Below, piece by piece: positions 32,795-34,225 of a stretch of DNA of 34,225 nt. The stretch comes from Octopus bimaculoides (lineage: Eukaryota). The notes under the pieces were generated by a model that did not search any database, was not told where the DNA came from, and saw only the letters and a list, made by a program, of their open reading frames with translations. The position numbers were made by a program, and so were the translations under genes. Every line of letters begins with the position of its first letter. Positions within the stretch are counted from its first letter, which is position 1. The DNA lies in NCBI RefSeq assembly GCF_001194135.2, contig NC_068985.1, forward strand, positions 95,921,638 through 95,955,862, in the 5' to 3' direction.

Positions 32795-32895
32795 TTGACT
32801 CAGTAATTAACTGGTACTTTATTTATCGACTACAGATCAATGGAAAGCAGAGTTTGACGCAGTGGGATTTGAACCTACAATCCACAGACCAGGAA
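32795..32895 (-). mobile_element. SINE family B fragment, diverged
   Basis: aactggtactttatttatcgac...ggaaagcagagtttgac...gggatttgaacc. Confidence 0.6.
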
Positions 32896-33026
32896 CAATC
32901 AAACGATTCTGTTAATCCATCGCCTTCATTAACTTTGTAAAATTGTTTTTGCAAATACGTTGTACCTACATCATTTTAATAAACAGTTTTCCGCAATTTT
33001 ATAACGTTTTCAAAAGGGGAGTTAAG

Positions 33027-33069
33027 CTAGCCCTGACGAGCTGTAAAGACGGTGAAACTGGTCAGATGG
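33027..33069 (+). ncRNA. Minimal type I hammerhead ribozyme (canonical GUC core, decayed stem I)
   Basis: CTGACGA (33033-33039)-gctgt-aaag-acggt-GAA-ACTGGT-C (33063); stem II 5 bp with wobbles; stem III near-palindrome ACTGGT. Confidence 0.6.
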
Positions 33070-33914
33070 ATTCACATCGCAAGTTATCGAAAACAATGTC
33101 ATTGTCTAACTTCGCAGTCAGACTAAAATTACGAAAGGATGCGCCTTTGAGGGAGCTTCTGTGTAGTCACTCAACCTGCTTGAAACAGCAGTCAAATTTC
33201 TTCGAACTACATCCTTCTGTCTTAGGAACAGAAAGACAAGTTGAACAATGAATTCATATCTACAGAAAGACGTCATGAAATGGTGGAACGCCTTTCATTA
33301 TATGCTTATTCATTCAGAAGTGAGTCAGAATTCAATAACATCAGTAACAACGTCTTCAAACATTTACATATTCATTCGTTATTGTATCTATGTATGCTTC
33401 ACGTAATCTATATATAAAATCCACCCATAATAAGATCCATATATAGTGGACAACTGCGTAGTTCACTCTTCTTTTTATAGAAACATAAAAAGTACATAGA
33501 AAGTAACTCAGTGAAGAAACACCAATGTGATCAACAATAAACAGCTGTCAAATCTCCCTCAAATCATATCCAACTGCCTTAAAGAAATCAGGACACATTT
33601 AACAGTCTAGTCCAAGATACATTATATCTGAATAAAAGACAGAACTGGCTGGAACTCTTTCGATTATATGTCAGCTCCGTCAGGTCTATATTATATTAAA
33701 AGCCAGGGTACAATATGTAACTGTTTACTTGAAGGAGGAGTTAAAACTCTTCAAAACTACGCATCTCTCACTATATGTAAACACGCAAGGAGAATTTAGC
33801 AAACGTAGAAAAGCAGTCGTCCTCATTTGTAAAACTACAAAGAGGAGGGTAGACATCCCAGCATCAATTGATTTCACTTTCTGTGCCGAATTGACACTTA
33901 AAGCTTATCAGCTA

Positions 33915-34030
33915 GGCTTACTATTTTTTTTTTGTTTCAGTCATGTTGACTGCGGCCATGCTGGAACACCGCCCTTAGTCGAACACATCGAGCCTAGGAC
34001 TTATTCTTCGTAAGCCTAGTACCTATTCCA
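33915..34030 (-). mobile_element. SINE family A, 3' fragment
   Basis: tgtttcagtca..tgactgcggccatgctggaacaccgcc.ttagtcga...ggacttattctt.gtaagcctagtac. Confidence 0.85.
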
Positions 34031-34091
34031 TATATATATATATATATAATCATAAATATACAGGGATTAGCTTGAGTTGCTTCTCCAACAT

Positions 34092-34225
34092 ACTGAAAAT
34101 TTAGAAATAGCAGTCAAAGAACTACTGATTCCAAACTACAAATTTTGTAGAACTACTGATTCCAAACTACAAATTTTGTAGTTTGGAATCAGTAGTTCTT
34201 TGACTACTATTTCTAAATTTTCAGT
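34092..34225. repeat. Terminal palindrome with an internal 31-bp tandem duplication
   Basis: Arms 34092-34142 and 34175-34225 match 50/51; unit agaactactgattccaaactacaaattttgt at 34118-34148 and 34149-34179. Confidence 0.92.

Noticed and set aside
28065-33051. Exact 15-bp match cgagctgtaaagacg shared by the LTR and the 33033 hammerhead
   Set aside because: About one 15-mer match is expected by chance in a 34-kb self-comparison, and the flanks do not align

Overview
AT-rich, microsatellite-dense, gap-ridden eukaryotic DNA (10 N-runs, 4,129 bases, about 12%). The SINE families look like those I recognise from Octopus (cephalopod origin is an inference). I cannot support any intact host protein-coding gene, rRNA, tRNA gene or CRISPR array, and most ORFs in the track are microsatellite or N read-throughs. 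The window is a transposon graveyard. It holds about 20 tRNA-derived SINE copies or fragments from four head types, plus hAT and Tc1/mariner-type MITEs and foldback elements. Coding remnants are: a Gypsy-type (GIN/Ginger-like) integrase, an internally deleted Ty3/Gypsy LTR element, Tigger-like and pogo-like transposases, a Helitron 3' end, CCHC knuckles, RTE-like C2H2 fingers and probable Penelope fragments. The most notable signals are (i) six minimal hammerhead-ribozyme-type motifs, three well folded with palindromic stem III (dimer type); (ii) a 34-unit 15-bp minisatellite grown from the terminal inverted repeat of a 130-bp mariner-type MITE; (iii) a triple 8-bp hAT target repeat; (iv) an inverted 36-bp LTR copy at an LTR boundary; and (v) three palindromes that end exactly at assembly boundaries.
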